Assembly: GCA_013239625.1 (NCBI GenBank)
Contig: MU053652.1
Span: 6,625,902-6,689,901 of the forward strand
Direction of reading: 5' to 3'
Origin: Lama guanicoe
Taxonomy: Eukaryota
Length of the DNA: 64,000 nucleotides
A program made the position numbers and the translations under genes. Positions 50,231 through 64,000 of this stretch are shown here, piece by piece. Below the pieces are notes generated by a model. That model was given only the letters and a program-made list of their open reading frames with translations. It did no database searches and was not told where the DNA came from. Every line of letters begins with the position of its first letter. The stretch's first letter is position 1.

Positions 50231-52364
50231 CTTTCTCTTGACTACTGATATTACATAACTTTCATAAATACAAGGAAGATTGAAGAATTAAGGCCCAAAC
50301 TATGATAAACACACAGTAATATTTTAAGGGGAAACAACTAACAAAAGCTATGCGAGATTACTACTGAGGAAAATTCAAAACTTTATTAAAATCATTACAG
50401 AAGACTTGCCTTATTTCTGTATGTTTTTGATGACCCGAGTGCTGGCTCATATTTGGCTAAATTAAACCTCTGGGAATTCTGAAGGAAACAGACAAAGGAT
50501 GATAAACCCAGAACAAATTTTTACTTGCATCTTTCAAGCACCAAAGGACAGTACCAACCTTGAATCACATTAAGTTTTTGGCCTGCGCTTTTTTCTTTTA
50601 AGAAAATGAACTAGCAAAATCAGCAAGAATAGACAATTGATTACAAATTCTCAGAGGATTCTATGATTGTTTTCAATGAGCTGGTGAAGAAACAGATTTC
50701 CTCACTGAGACCTTTGCAGGAAGGCAGACTTTCCCACACATACTCTCTCAACGAGACTGCAGTCCCTTTGGGTGTCTCATACGTAAGAAAGTGTTTCTCT
50801 ATAGCCCAAATCTGCCTAGGTATAAAGCTGATACTCCAATTCCCACTAGTTATTATTCTCACAAAGGGTGATTTAGCAAGTCTCCATGTCCTCTAATTGA
50901 CTTGTAATGTATATTCTCTTCACATCTATGTTAAAAAAAAAAAAGTTTATTGAATTCTGACTATATATAGAATATACCAGGTAAACTAGAAACACAGATA
51001 CTGACTGTCCTACAGTTCATAATCCATTTAGTGTTATGCATTATGCATGTCTAAAGAAACACTACAGAGTCATTTTTCAAAAGATGCATATTGAAAATAA
51101 ATGTATCTAATAGCTATGCAAATACCCAGGAGAGAAAAAGCGAAGGCATATTCAAAGTGGAATGCAATTAATTAGGAATAATTATCTAGTGAGACAAGAG
51201 ATCAAACTTTGTCTTAAAAAAGGCAATGAATACAAACTGCTTTAAAAAAATAAATATGTTATTTTCAAGGATCCTCAGCTATTATGTGGTTGTTAAAATG
51301 CTGTTTTCCCCATACCTCCAGCTAGCATAGAGGTGCCTGCCTGCTCACAGACGAGATTCTGCATCATTCCAGTGCTTTTTAATATACTTTGCTGTATTTG
51401 TTTTACCATTTTATCTCATTTGTTGGGTTCTGTGATTATTTACTTCTGAAATTACTTCAAACATATGAACACAAAAATGATTGATTTAAAACACGGAATT
51501 TGGCAAGTGATTACACATAATGTGCTCTAATTGCTTGCAGTGGAGCTTTTATCCTATGAATTTTTCATAAGAATAAAAAGTGCAGGGTAAGTAATTAATT
51601 GACGATTTTCTTCCATTTAAACAGGGAATACACCTGTAACTTATAGATTAAGACAATTGTTCTGGTGGACTGAAATTATAATATTTTTTCAAATGTTATA
51701 TAAACACATCATTAAAACTATTAGGATCTCCTAAGTAAATCATGTGAATTTATTTCAAACAACTATAATTATTTTTACCAATGGGCTGTTAAAAATCTTA
51801 TGGAGATTGGAAATCCTCTACTCAATACGCACAACTTGTCCCAAATACATGGATTTTTAATAATAATACGTAATTGTAAGCACTAATCAACTGAAACCAA
51901 GTTTCTCTTTAGTCTAAAACTATAATTCATATTTTTTTCAATCTCATACATTAAGGAGACTTTAAATACACTGCAATTACTTTCAAGGAAATTTTTGACA
52001 AGTTACTGACAAAGTAGAGGCATCAAACTGGGAGGAATTAAGGAGAAGAAAATGGAGGAAGAAGAGGAGAGGAGAAAAGAAACCACAGTGACAAGCAAGA
52101 TACGATAAATTCACAACAGCAGGTACTACTACCTTTTAATAATATAATTAACAATTATGATACTTTTCTCAAGATAAACACTGCGTTTAGTACTTTTACT
52201 TTGAAACAGGTTATGACTTTTAGGCATAATTCACTTCATTTAGAATGTAGTATACTCATCAAGTCAGGGTCTGAAGTCCACACACAGCTTGACTTATAAT
52301 ATTAGCATTGGAGGAACTTTAAGTCACAAATAAAATGATTAAATAAATTCCCACTTGTTATCTG

Positions 52365-53562
52365 TTCCATTAAGCTCTCCTAGAAATGTCACAATAAATT
52401 ACCAAAAACTGACTGGCTTAAGACAACAGAAATATACTGTCATGTTTCCACAGGCTTTCTAGAAGTCTAAAATGGAAGTCCTGGCAAGGCCACGCTCCCT
52501 CTGAAGGATCTGGGAAGGAATAAAGGGGTCCCTGATCTAAAGCAAGTTCACAATCCAACAGGGCAATTTCCAGTAGGTTTCAAGGCCTGAATATAATTCT
52601 CTGTGGCTTTATCTGCCCCCTGGGCCTGTGGAGGTCTGCAGGCTCTGGGACCAGAGCTGTGCTGGTCCCAGACTGCCCTCTGAGTCTGTATCTGTGCTGT
52701 GACCCAGAAGTCATTTTCTTTCCTTGAAAAGTAGTGCATGTTTCCATCAGTCCACTCCCCACATATGGAATCCCAGAAGTCTTACAGCTTTCCTCCATTT
52801 TGCACCCTCTCTGCCCTCTTCAGTCCAAGCTGGAAGCATGTCTGCTGATACAACATTCTCAAACCCATGCTGGTGTTCTGTGGCTGTCAAGGGGACGATG
52901 CCATTGCACAACAGAGTTCTTCACAGACCCTCGCTGGAGAACACCATCTCTACTCCTGGCTTCTCCTGAGATGCTAACTGGTCTATGAAACACAGCATTA
53001 TGCTTTAGCGTAAGGCTGTCCAGTCACACCCTTGACCCTGTTTCCAGAGAACGCTATCTGGAAAGGCTGAGAATTCCTCAAATCATGAAGTGCTGTTTCC
53101 TTTGTGCTTAACATTTCCTTCCTCCATTTATCTCCTTCCTCTCACATTTTACTGTAAGCGTAAAAGAAAAACCAGACTGCACCTTTACACTTTGCTTGGA
53201 ATCTCCTCAGCTAAATATCCAAATTTAACTTGTAAATTCTGCTTTACACACAACAGAACACAATTCAGCCAGGATTTTTGCCACTTTATGACAAGAATCA
53301 CCTTCTTTCCAGTGTCCAGTAACATGGTATACAAGTTCTACTTATTTCCTTAAATTGTATATTTTCACCAACACTCTGTCATGACAATCTGTATGTTCTC
53401 TAAGACAACAGAAACTTTCTCTATCACCCTTTGCTTCTTTCTGAGTCTTCAACAGAATCACCTTTAATATTTATATTTGTCTTCAAGGCAACACAGGCTT
53501 TTTTCTATCATTACATCAAACCTCTTCCAGTTTCTACTTATTATCCAATTCTAAAACCACAT
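52365..53562 (-). mobile_element. MaLR LTR 3' part plus MLT-int internal sequence
   Basis: 'ggcttaagacaacagaaat...ggcaaggccacgctccctctgaagg' (MLT1 LTR) followed by 'tttcaaggcctga...ccactttatgacaagaatcacc...cctcttccag' (MaLR internal). Confidence 0.75.
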
Positions 53563-53694
53563 TAAGTCAACTGATTTTGCATTTTAATTACACCTATAAA
53601 ACACCTTCACAGCAACACCTCAATTAGTGTTTGATTAAATAACTTGATACTATATACAGTCTAGCCAAGTTAACACACAAAATTAACCATCACA
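53563..53694 (-). mobile_element. ERVL LTR 5' end (MLT2-like)
   Basis: Reverse complement begins 'tgtgatggttaattttgtgtgttaacttggctag...aatcagttgactt'. Confidence 0.75.
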
Positions 53695-54008
53695 TTGACC
53701 ATGCCATAAAAGAATATATATTCTGCTACTGTGAAATCTGACCCCTTAGCTAATACAGTATTTTCTTCTAGGAAAGGAATGATATTAAATATGACCTTGT
53801 CTCCATCAATCTGCCCTCATGCCTTTAGCAAAAGTATACCCCTAATCCCACCTCTATTCTACCTATGAATTCTTTGTGTTACCAATATATCACTAAAATA
53901 ACCATAATTTTGGCCAGAACTGACACTTGCTGTTACCTATTTACATGTACAATAAATCAATAAATGGTAGCCACTATTTAGAGCCAATTTTAACCACAAA
54001 ATCAGCAG

Positions 54009-54010
<2 letters not shown>

Positions 54011-54041
<31 letters not shown>
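54011..54041. repeat. (AC)n microsatellite
   Basis: Direct observation. Confidence 0.97.
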
Positions 54042-54043
<2 letters not shown>

Positions 54044-55021
54044 TGCTTCTAATTTCAAACAGAGAATATTCTTGAAAACACTTAAAATAACATGTGATTT
54101 TCTTTGATATATACAGGATACATTAAGTAGAGAAGGTAAACAATAAAGTACAAAGAGTGAATAAAGTTTACATAAACAACAAATTTAAACACAAAAAAAG
54201 AAGAGAAACTAAACAAAAGTTGAAATTCACAGTAACTTCCAGTGAGTCTACTAGGGAAGTCAAATATTGAAACCATAAGATCATTTAAAAGTACAGCAAA
54301 CTGAGAGAAAAACACCACAGAAAGAGAGAGAGTAGTTATCTAAAAAAGAAAAAGTGTGAATTTAGTATAGAGGTAGAGGTGATTAGATAGGGTAGCTAAA
54401 TTTGGAGGAGAGTGAATTGGCTGGGGAGGAACAACAGGAAGTTAATGGAAACTTGCAGGAGAGACACAAAATAAGTGAGCTGAAAGAATCAGATGAGGAA
54501 AGACCCCTCAAGTCACTGTATTATTTACCTTGGAATCAATATAACGTGTTTTGGGCTGCAGCCCCCAAGGAAATTTATATGATCAAAATGGCCATTTCTG
54601 TCAAAACTGCCCCAGCTATAAACCTAGGGTATGAAAAATTAAGTCTGTTTGCAAAAGTTTGCCTGTGACAGAGACTTATTGGATCAAAGCCCACAATGAC
54701 ACATTAATCCATAAACATAATTTTATACTGAAATGAAAATAAAGTGTATCTGCAATCATTCAATCTATTGTCATAACTGACAATTACTAAATTAAGTGCC
54801 CCATGCTCAACAACCAGAAAGATTTATCGGTAATATTCAGTCACTGTACTCAGCCCAACCCAGCCAGTTCCTACAACTAGAGCCTGGTTTTGGTAAGTCC
54901 CGAGCTTGTAACTGAACATCATACTTATCACCTGGAGAACAGTATGGCACAAGAGCAGACTTAGTTGAGTCACCTTTTCCATCCCTGCAGTTCCATATTT
55001 AAATAAGCTGGCATTAGCATG

Positions 55022-55368
55022 TGTATCAGTCTACTTGGGCGGTCAGAACAGAACACTACAGCCCAGGTGGCTTACACAACAGAAATGCACTTTTTCACAG
55101 TTCTGGAAGCTGGATGTCCAAGATCAAGCGCTAGTAGGGCTTGTTTCTGGTGAGACCTCTCTTCCTGGCCCAGCCTTCCCTCCATGTGCATGCATCCTCT
55201 TCTAATAAAGCCACTAGGCCCACTGAATTAGGGCCCCACCCTTATGACTTCATTTAACCTTAATCTTCTCCTTAAAGGCCTTATCTCCAAATATAGCAAA
55301 TACAGTCTTATCTGGGACTAGGGCTTCAAAATATTAGTTGGGGGGGGGTCACATTTCAGTCAATAACA
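55022..55368 (-). mobile_element. MaLR solo LTR (MLT1A-like)
   Basis: TG...CA ends; 'cacagttctggaagctggatgtccaagatcaag...gggccccacccttatgacttcatttaacctt'; 5-bp TSD gcatg/acatg. Confidence 0.92.
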
Positions 55369-57084
55369 ACATGAAGAGCATAAAGTGAAAGACAGTGAAT
55401 TGTGATGCTAAAGGCACATGTCTGTTTAGTTGGGATAATAAAGCTCTTTACATCAGCAGCAGAATTATTCTCTTGCTGGCACTCAGTATTAACAACAGAT
55501 TCTTTTCCCCAGCAAATGGATCCATTTTTTCTAAAGTCTTCCCTGAGTCTGTAGATTGCAAAGCAAACCTCCCTCTGTTGTAAACATTATACAAGAAAAT
55601 TCCATGCTAAGTGAAATTCCATTCAAGCTGCAAGAAGTGCCATCATCATAAAGAGCTGACAAATCTGAGCATAATTTCAGCATATAAGAAAATTCCAATA
55701 GAATAACTTCTTGTACCCTAGCTGATAATTCTCTTGTTTAACTTTTTGCAAGGATGTCCATTTAATTTCAAAAAGGAAGTATATGTTTAGTATGTTGGCA
55801 TAATAATTTATAAGGACAAAAATAACAGAGTGAACTTTCTGTAATATTGGAGTCCTTTATCATAATTCTTTCTTTTATTTCTGGAATTGGGAGAAGCTTT
55901 GGCTGTGCAGACATAACTATGCAAGTGAGACTGGGTGGCTTCAATGGGGTTTCCAAATGTGTGCGCAGGTGGAATTTAGGCCTGAAGCCTCCACCACCTC
56001 AGAGCGACAATCAAATCTGAATGTGGACTCTTGGAAGGGGGATGTCAGGAAGTCCAACAGAATGCGTGATATAAATGGTTTTTGAAGCAGCAGGAGAAAA
56101 GAGCTGCTGAACTGACTGAAGGCTTTATGTATTTTCATTTTCACAAGGATATCCTGAAACTAAAGCTACCATCAGTATACTAGAATGATCTCATTTTCCT
56201 ACTTTGCTTCCCCACTTTCTTAATCTGCACCAGAGAAACAATAAATACTTCTTAGAGCCATGGAGCTTATGAGGAAATCTGTTGGGAGCTTACTTTTGGA
56301 GCATCTAACTATTGTTTTCCTTGGCATAAAATATGCAAAAATCATTCTGCAGGGTAAAATATTAAGGATTCATATATTTTATCTTACTAATGCTGGACTG
56401 CTTGCTATAGTATCCTCTAAAATGTATCTATTATGTCTAATTTAAATTCTGCAACTCTCCTCTCTATTAGATCAACATCCCTGGGTGCAGAGGCCTGTGG
56501 ACAGCAGCTGTTACAAATCCTTTCTCCTTCAGACAAACTTGGGGTCTCAGTATATTTCAGGTTTCCAGTCTCCTGACACATTCTTCGCAAAAGTCTTGGA
56601 GTGTCGACTTGCACAAGAAAACAATATTTACACTGTTATTCTAAGAAGATAAGATGCTTATCTGAGGCCCCCAATGGTTAGTGTAAGCCAGAGAAAAAGT
56701 CTTTTAACACTTGCAAAAGAACACTGTGGCTAAATCTCCATATGTATTGCAATTTTGGTACCAAAATATAAGAGGTTCTGATATCAGGGTTCAATGATCT
56801 GTTTCCTTATACCATAGAAACGGCACTGGACAGATAAGGGGACTGGGAATTAGTTTTGTCCCTACACTCTTACTGTCCTGAATGAGACTTAAAGATGTGT
56901 GAGGACTGGAGGCCCCATCGCTGGGCATGCTCAGACTAAAGAAGTTTGGGTCCTTACATGCCTTAGGCACTAGTTTATAATATGGAACTAGGGCTTTGCA
57001 GCCACCAGAAGTCAGAATGATATTTTATGGAAGAAATATTCGGTGACAAATCCAGATGATAAATTCTAATTCATTGCCTGACTG

Positions 57085-57255
57085 ATTCACATGCTTATTT
57101 ATTCACAACAGTTATTTAGTATGTCTATAGATTAGGCAGAATTCTAGACACTGGAGATACAGAATAAAAAGATGAAGTCTTCCTCTCTCCTGGAGCAGAG
57201 TCTAGCAAGAGGAGGTTAAGCTACATAAACACGTCACATGCACTGGGAAAACACA
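57085..57255 (-). mobile_element. L2 3' fragment
   Basis: 'ttattcacaacagttatttagtatgtctatag...ttctagacactggagatacag'. Confidence 0.7.
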
Positions 57256-57330
57256 GTTTAAAAAAAAAAAAAAAAAGAACTTCTAACCCAGAAAACTTCT
57301 CACAAAAGCAGAAATGAAAGAGAACAATCT

Positions 57331-57931
57331 TGTTACCGAATAAACATTAACCAGACTGCGCTATGCATCACAGACGATCTGCTAAAACACCGCAGACAGA
57401 AAAAAAAATCTTGCCCTTTTATAAGACAAGTAGATACAAACCTATATGTTCTCAAGATAAACAATAACTGGACCTCAGGTATGAGGACTTCATGTCACCA
57501 CTTCTCATACATAGTTCATTCTAAACTTACTTGGTAATTGGGGTGGTCATCTGAGTTTGCACACTGGGTTGATCCAAAAGACAAACAAACTTCTCATCTT
57601 TATAATTGAGAGGTAGTTCTGCAACTTGGAGCAGGTGCCTGCGATCTCAGCCTTCACAGAAACTGGGAGACAGGGTCACCATCTTCCCCGAAGAACACAT
57701 ACCAGAGATCACTCCCAAATGCTTGAGAAAGACATTCCTGAATCTTTCCGTTGGTAAGAGGCTACTTTGATTTTTAACAAATTTAAAAACACTTCAAAGA
57801 GATATAAAGAACTTAAAAATTACAAGTTTTCTAAAATAAATGCTTTAAGAAAACTGAGAGGAGAAAGCCTTTTTCTCTTATTTTCAATAGAGGAATTAAG
57901 CTTCTTATTTTTATTTTGTTTTGCCCTTACA
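57331..57931 (-). mobile_element. ERV1 solo LTR (MER89-like), 601 bp
   Basis: Reverse complement starts 'tgtaagggcaaaac...aaaaataag'; TG...CA ends; perfect TSD ATCT (57327-57330 / 57932-57935). Confidence 0.88.
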
Positions 57932-58689
57932 ATCTCCTCCCTGTGTTACTATAAAATAGTAGCATTACAGTTTTCTAATAATCTCCATTGCTTTTTTAAC
58001 TTTTCTCTGGGCAAGCTGCAGACATTTAAGTATTCAGCAAGTCCAATGAAATTAAAGAAACACTTTGAACTTCATGATAAAACAAAATTTTGTTATCTAT
58101 TTTATTTTTTTAGCCTTTTTTCCCCCTGTAGTAAAGAAGAGAGTTATAGCTTTCTCCTCCCCTCCTAGAGAAGACTCCCAGGTTAAGGAAAAAAATTCTG
58201 CCAAAAAAGAAATTTTATCAATGTTAGCTATAGTGTAATAGTTCCTTGGACGTGAATCTCTTTGGATCACTTTGTTTTGATGGAGAAGGGGCTATTTATT
58301 ATATAGGGTAGTCAGATAAAACCTCCCTCTGTGAAAATTACAAATGACAGGGAATCTACTGGAAGGGAGAGTGAGCTCTGTGAATAGGTATCTGGGGTGG
58401 AGGGGGATGGCTGAACCTTCCCTAGGACTAGAGCACTGTGACAACACCAAAGGCAGGAGGAAAAGGACAGAAAACAGCACCATCTGTTTCTCAATGGAAT
58501 TTCCAGTTGCCATTTCCACATATAGCAATTAATTGGTAACATCACTTGAATCAGAATATGGTTACGATACAGACCTCAATCCATCTGGTACAATAATTTC
58601 CAAGTCTTAGAATTCATTTAGAGAAATGAAATATTCTATTAGTTATCAAATGGGTACATAATAAATGGATAAACTGCTTTTCTCTCTGC

Positions 58690-59260
58690 CTGGGGAGATT
58701 CAACCATCCCCTCCCCAACTCCCCCACACCTATTCAGAGAGCTCACTCTTCCCTTCTGTTAGATTCCCTCTCATACGTAATTTTCAGACAGCAGTTTTAT
58801 CTGACTACCCTATATAAATAACACCTTCTCCTTCACTTGGAGAACTTCTCCCATCCCACTTATCTGTATTCACCAGCACTTACATTTCCTTGTATTTTCC
58901 CAGCACTCAGACAATACCTGACATGTGTGAGGGCAAACCTGTGAAGTGCATATTCAGTCACCGCCTCTCTTGTAACCTCTACTAACCCCTTGTCTACTCA
59001 CTAGTGTCAGACAATCTTCTCAGCAGATCTGGACCTACTCTTTTCCTTCTTCTTCCCACATTATCACATATTTTCATTTTCTAGGCTATCGTGTGTATAT
59101 TTATCCCATAGCATTTGCTACCTTCAATGCGCACATCTCTACTACTGCAAGAATTAAAGGCCTTTGAAGGCAAAGACTGTCCTCTGTAAACCCTAAAAGT
59201 GCACTTGCTAACAAACTGCCTGACACATAATATGCACCAAATAATTAGTTGCTAAATATT
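58690..59260 (+). mobile_element. L2 3' fragments
   Basis: 'cctttgaaggcaaagactgtc...ctgcctgacacataatatgcaccaaataattagttg'. Confidence 0.55.
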
Positions 59261-61016
59261 AGTATTTGTTCAGATATCATAAGCATTAAAATCTATAATT
59301 TTCTATACATTGGAGTATTTTATAATAAAGCAAATTTTAAAAATATATATTGAGAAATGATTTCCTTCACTTTCCCTGGAGACTACTGGAATTTGGATGA
59401 TGGAATTCACTGCCCTATCCCAAAGATGAATTGGGCTGGCACACCTTTTCTTAAAGTTATTTGAGAACAGGAAAGTGTTTAAATTTTTCCTAAGTAACAC
59501 TGTATAGACAGCCTGCCCCTCTGTTTTCTAATGATAATGGACCTATTATTGTGCTTCGCACTAAGGGGTCCTTGGAGTAGAGCCAATTTTCTCTACACAG
59601 TCCTTTCTTGCTTTTGATTATTCTGTAAACCAGTAGGATTTGTTACAGATGATACTATTTCTCTTTCCTTTTACTGTTTTCTACTTTGGGATATTGTCAT
59701 AGTAACCTGGACCAACACTTTTCACTCCACGGAAAGAAAGAGACCAAAGAGATTCAGTATCTGAAGGGGCAGTATCTTTCAATTCCAAGACACTGTTACA
59801 ACACAGATAACACTGGTAAAATTGTTTTGGGGGCAGACCTTTTTTTCTTAACCCCAAAATCTTCTCTGGGAGGAGAGAAAAGCTATAAATATCTTTTTTT
59901 ACCATAGAAAAAAATGTAAGCAAAAATAATTAAATAGCAATTGACTCATTTTATCTCAAAATCCATATATGGTGTCTCTGAAATAATTGACAAAAATAAA
60001 AACATGAATCATATTTTCAGTCCATTCAGTATTAAGAAAGAACCCTCCAAAATTGGATCACTTTATGTAAAAAAATCATAAAAATGTTTTTAACCTAGAG
60101 GTTCTATACCATGTTATACCTGGACTATTTAACATTTTATATGATTAAGTACAGGGATACTTTCTTTATGTCAATTGAAGAGGACAAAATGGGTCATGGG
60201 TTTATTACCAAAATAACTCAAATCTCTTTGGATTACTTTTTTCTGCTCATATGCTATTATATGTTGAAACCCCAAAATGGAAGAAGGAATACATACATGG
60301 AAATGGCAAACTTGGAATATAAATTTATATGAATTTAATGATTTTAGATATTCAAATATTCTGAAAATATACCGTGCATTGGAAAGTTTTATGTCTAGTA
60401 GAGGGGACCTGGTTGTTATCTGATCATTAGAAATAGGTCTGATTTCTTTCAGCAAAGGTTTAACGGATTACATTCACTCCTGCATGCAACAGAAACAGGT
60501 AACGTAGCAGAGGAGCCCCAGTAAGGAAGTCTATGACTTCCCTCTAGTCGGGAGACTATCCAGTCACTGATTAATTGACCTGTGGCCAAACAGTCATTCT
60601 CTCTGAGATTTATAGAGTGTTTATCAGGAATTAAACACTATGGAAAATATGAAAAGGCATGTAACTGTAAAGCATAATTAAATATAACTATTTGTTTTCA
60701 GTCTCTCCTTTGAGGATAGTTACCTAAATCTATTTAACAATGTAGATGCTGGATAGGATTAGACTCATTCTCAAAACCTCTTAAATTCTGTCCTTAAGCC
60801 TAGTTTTGCCCCAAAGCAAAAACTAATTTACCACCAGATTCAAAAGGAATTCCTTCTACATAAAGTAAGAGAGGCCTAGCACAGAATCTGTTATTTAATT
60901 AACAGAGATAGAATGACGGAATTCATATGTCCTCAGTGCGCTAACACTTTCTATTTGATACATCTCATGAATACCATAGGCTGTCAGGTTGACGACCTGC
61001 ATTTTCATGAATGGAT

Positions 61017-61389
61017 TGTCTTAGTCTGTTTGGGCTGCTGTAACAAAATACCACAGATGAGGCAGCTTATAAAGAACAGAAACCAACTGCTCATAGTTTT
61101 GAAGAATGGAAGTCTGAGGTCAGGGTGCCAGCACGGTTGAGTGAGAGCCCTCTTCCAAGTCTTAGACCTCTATGTATCCTCACATGGCCCAAGAAACTTG
61201 AGATCTCTCTGGAGCCTCATTTAAAAGGCACCAATCCCATTCATGAGGTTCCATGCTCACAGACTTAGCATTTCCCAAAAGCCCCACATGCTAATAAGCA
61301 TCATCTTTGAGAGTAAGGATTTTTAGCCTATGGATCTGGGTAGGGGAGGAGGGTATGGGGTTGGGGATACAAACATTCAGACCACAGCA
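61017..61389 (-). mobile_element. MaLR solo LTR (MLT1A/MST-like)
   Basis: 'tgtcttagtctgtttgggctgctgtaacaaaataccacaga...aatcccattcatgagg...acaaacattcagaccacagca'. Confidence 0.92.
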
Positions 61390-64000
61390 AGGGATAAAGC
61401 AAGACCAACAAAAATCATAAAGACATTCAATCAGATAGTGGCAAATGTAGAAAGAGTTCATATCCTGTTCTCTCAACATCACTTAAGCTGTCAGTGAAAT
61501 ATATTCTGTTGGCAGCAATTTTAGGAATCTATGTTTAATTCTGTTACAGAGAAATCTGAATTCCTTTACTTCACTGTGAGAACAGAGAAACACACAACAC
61601 ACACAAAGGCTCACTCTCTATGGGAAGTATTCCAAAAAATAACAAAAACTCATGCATGGTGCTATAAGATAACATCTGTGGTGCTGGAATTAGAATGTGA
61701 TAATGAAATAACATGAACAGACTAATCTGAATTAGATTGGAGGGTGAAAATGTGTGTAAGTCTCATACTGGGCATGGTCTATCTTATTACCTACCTTTCC
61801 CATGAGCCTTACTGGAGGATTCCTTTGAACTCATAAAGTGAGATTAATACCAAAATCATCGTCCAATCTATCCCATTAGAAACAAAATGCTGCTATCTTT
61901 TCTCTGATTATGTACTCCAAATCTGACATATAATATGATAATTTGGGTTATGTTGTTGTTGCTGTTTTTAATGGGTACTGATGTATGCGTGATAACAATG
62001 CAAAACACCAGGGTTAATAAAGTCAGGATGATTCACCTAAAAAGCAATGTGTCCTGTTGTTCAGCTGCAGAAAATGGAGATTGGCAGTTTCATTACTTAC
62101 CTTAGAAATTCTCTTACTTTCAGAAAACCAATTAATTTTTGTCATTGTTTGGTCTAAATTATACTTACTTCTCGCCTAAAGAAGTTACACAGTAAGACCT
62201 CTTGTAGACAGATAAATTACTACAGTTTCTAGGTAGGGATTGATCTGCTTTTTTGGTTTCTCTCAGAAAATGCTGCTTGTTTTATTCTGGCCTCTGGTTT
62301 TTAGATATGTTTAAGACATATTTACAAACATCTGTATCTACATGATATTCTTCTACAAAACATCAGCAGATCTCTTAGTGAAGGTCAGTTCCTGATCAAG
62401 AATTGGAGGATTTTATAACTATTTCTGAGACATCTTGCCAAGGATTAAAAGTAGGATTTAAAAAAAAAGAAAAAAAGGCCAACTTCTCAAAGGTTTTGCA
62501 CAGAAAATAAACCTGTGGCATGTGCAACTTCAAGCTCAGTCAGAATGATACAGTTAATTACTTATTGAATGAAAAAACTGAATATACACCATCCTTTACT
62601 TCAGCATGTAATCTACTCTACTTGATTCACTTTACCTAACTAATGAAAGGATTCTGTTGTTATTTGCAATGCATGTGTAAGTTGAAAGAATATGGTAGAT
62701 TCAGGATCTCATAATATCCAAGATAAATGGACAATTATTTTGTACCATAATTTAAATCCCCATCAACACAAAATTTCTTAATTAAGGCAATCATTAAATA
62801 ACCATAACCATAACAAAACAAGTAATAAAAAGAATTGTAGCTGAGCAATCCATGGTAGTAACAGAATTTGTAAGAGAATGCATACTAAATAAGTCTAAAC
62901 TATTTTGTAAGATATAGTTCATTATAATCCAAGTGTTCTCCAATAATAAAATAGAATTGAGGAAAGATCTTCATGAAGTTCCAATTTTAGAGACTAATAA
63001 TGCATGTTTTGAAATACTTTTATTTATTCCTAACTGCCACTGTTTCAAGACTGGAGTATACACATATTTTAGGGTACTCTGAGTCCTAATTTTAAAAGAA
63101 ATATTAAAACTCATTATGCTAAGTGAAATCAGAGTTGAGAGTTATTTGGGAGTTGTAGTGCTGTAGAACAATGGGTCCACCTTCCCTGAAAGGTCACTGT
63201 TGACCTTCAGTACAGGGATAAGCCTTCAAGTCTAGGTAAAATAGTCCTTCCCCTAAGTAGTAACTTTAGTGCTTCTGGGGATGCAAACAGCAAAATGTAA
63301 AACCAAATGCTTCAAGCTGTCAGGTCTGATGTAAAGCTTTGGAATTCCTAACTCAAAGTAACTTCTTTTTTTCCCTTCTCATAAATTCTCCTCTGAGATA
63401 CGACCCTTTCTTCTATTCCCTTAATAAAGTAAAGCTCATTTTGTTTGTTCATATAAAGTAGAAACGTTTGACCCATCAGGAAAGAGCTGTTCATATTAGA
63501 GTTTACCCTCCCTCACCATTGCTAAGGAAGTCCTTGAACTTAAAAACACAAGGCCTATGTATTTTCTGGACTGCAAGGAGCGTTATCATTTCCTTCATGA
63601 TGAATCAACTTTCCTCTCTCAACAGAATGGAAGAGGGAGTTTCTGGTCACATATATATTAAAAAAAGCCAATTAACATCCATAAACTGAGTTCTGAGAAA
63701 ATTATCACACCAGTTAAATTTTTTTTTCTGTCAAGACTTAGATTGATCAATCAACCCAAAATAAAGATAGCTATAAAACAAAGGGTAAAATAGTCAAGGG
63801 AGTTGATGAAAGTTGAGGAGAAATCCTGGGTTACTAAATCAGCCAATAATATATTGACATTCAATATGCATTCCATAAATTAGCAGAATTTTTATTTCAT
63901 AAAAATGCACGTGGAAAAATTAGTTGTAATGCAAACATAATATAGGTTAAAATGTATACAGAAGAAAGATATTGGATCAGTTTGAATTAAAGTCATTTCC

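Noticed and set aside
54402..54668. Acidic 88-aa ORF
   Set aside because: Non-ATG start, purine-rich low-complexity origin, no convincing splice signals or recognisable homology
57767..58168. 133-aa hydrophobic ORF
   Set aside because: Starts inside the MER89-like LTR, has low-complexity F/L/K composition and no recognisable domain
62090..62185. Several minus-strand GTAAGT donor-like sites
   Set aside because: No coherent exon with a good acceptor and recognisable frame; such motifs are common by chance in AT-rich DNA
1..64000. Prokaryotic-type systems (CRISPR arrays, operons, defence islands)
   Set aside because: The sequence is mammalian repeat-rich DNA with no regular repeat-spacer arrays and no dense long ORFs

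Overview
AT-rich, CpG-poor mammalian genomic DNA. It is most likely from a camelid (Camelus/Vicugna/Lama), based on a Vic-1-like tRNA-derived SINE at ~41.8 kb. The window looks like a gene-poor intergenic region or a very large intron, dominated by decayed interspersed repeats: MIR and L2, many L1M fragments, MaLR (MLT1) LTRs, several ERV1-type solo LTRs with recognisable TG...CA ends and target-site duplications (TSDs), two ERVL internal remnants with gag/protease/RT relics in opposite orientations, hAT-Charlie DNA transposon relics, and microsatellites. No intact protein-coding gene, RNA gene or CRISPR array can be supported. Nearly all listed ORFs are chance ORFs or repeat fragments. The best non-repeat leads are a possible pair of minus-strand terminal exons at ~8.4-9.3 kb and a few unique blocks resembling conserved non-coding elements. 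I found no convincing evidence of a novel biological system. Repeat subfamily names come from recalled consensus sequences, not a database search, and boundaries are approximate unless a TSD is quoted.
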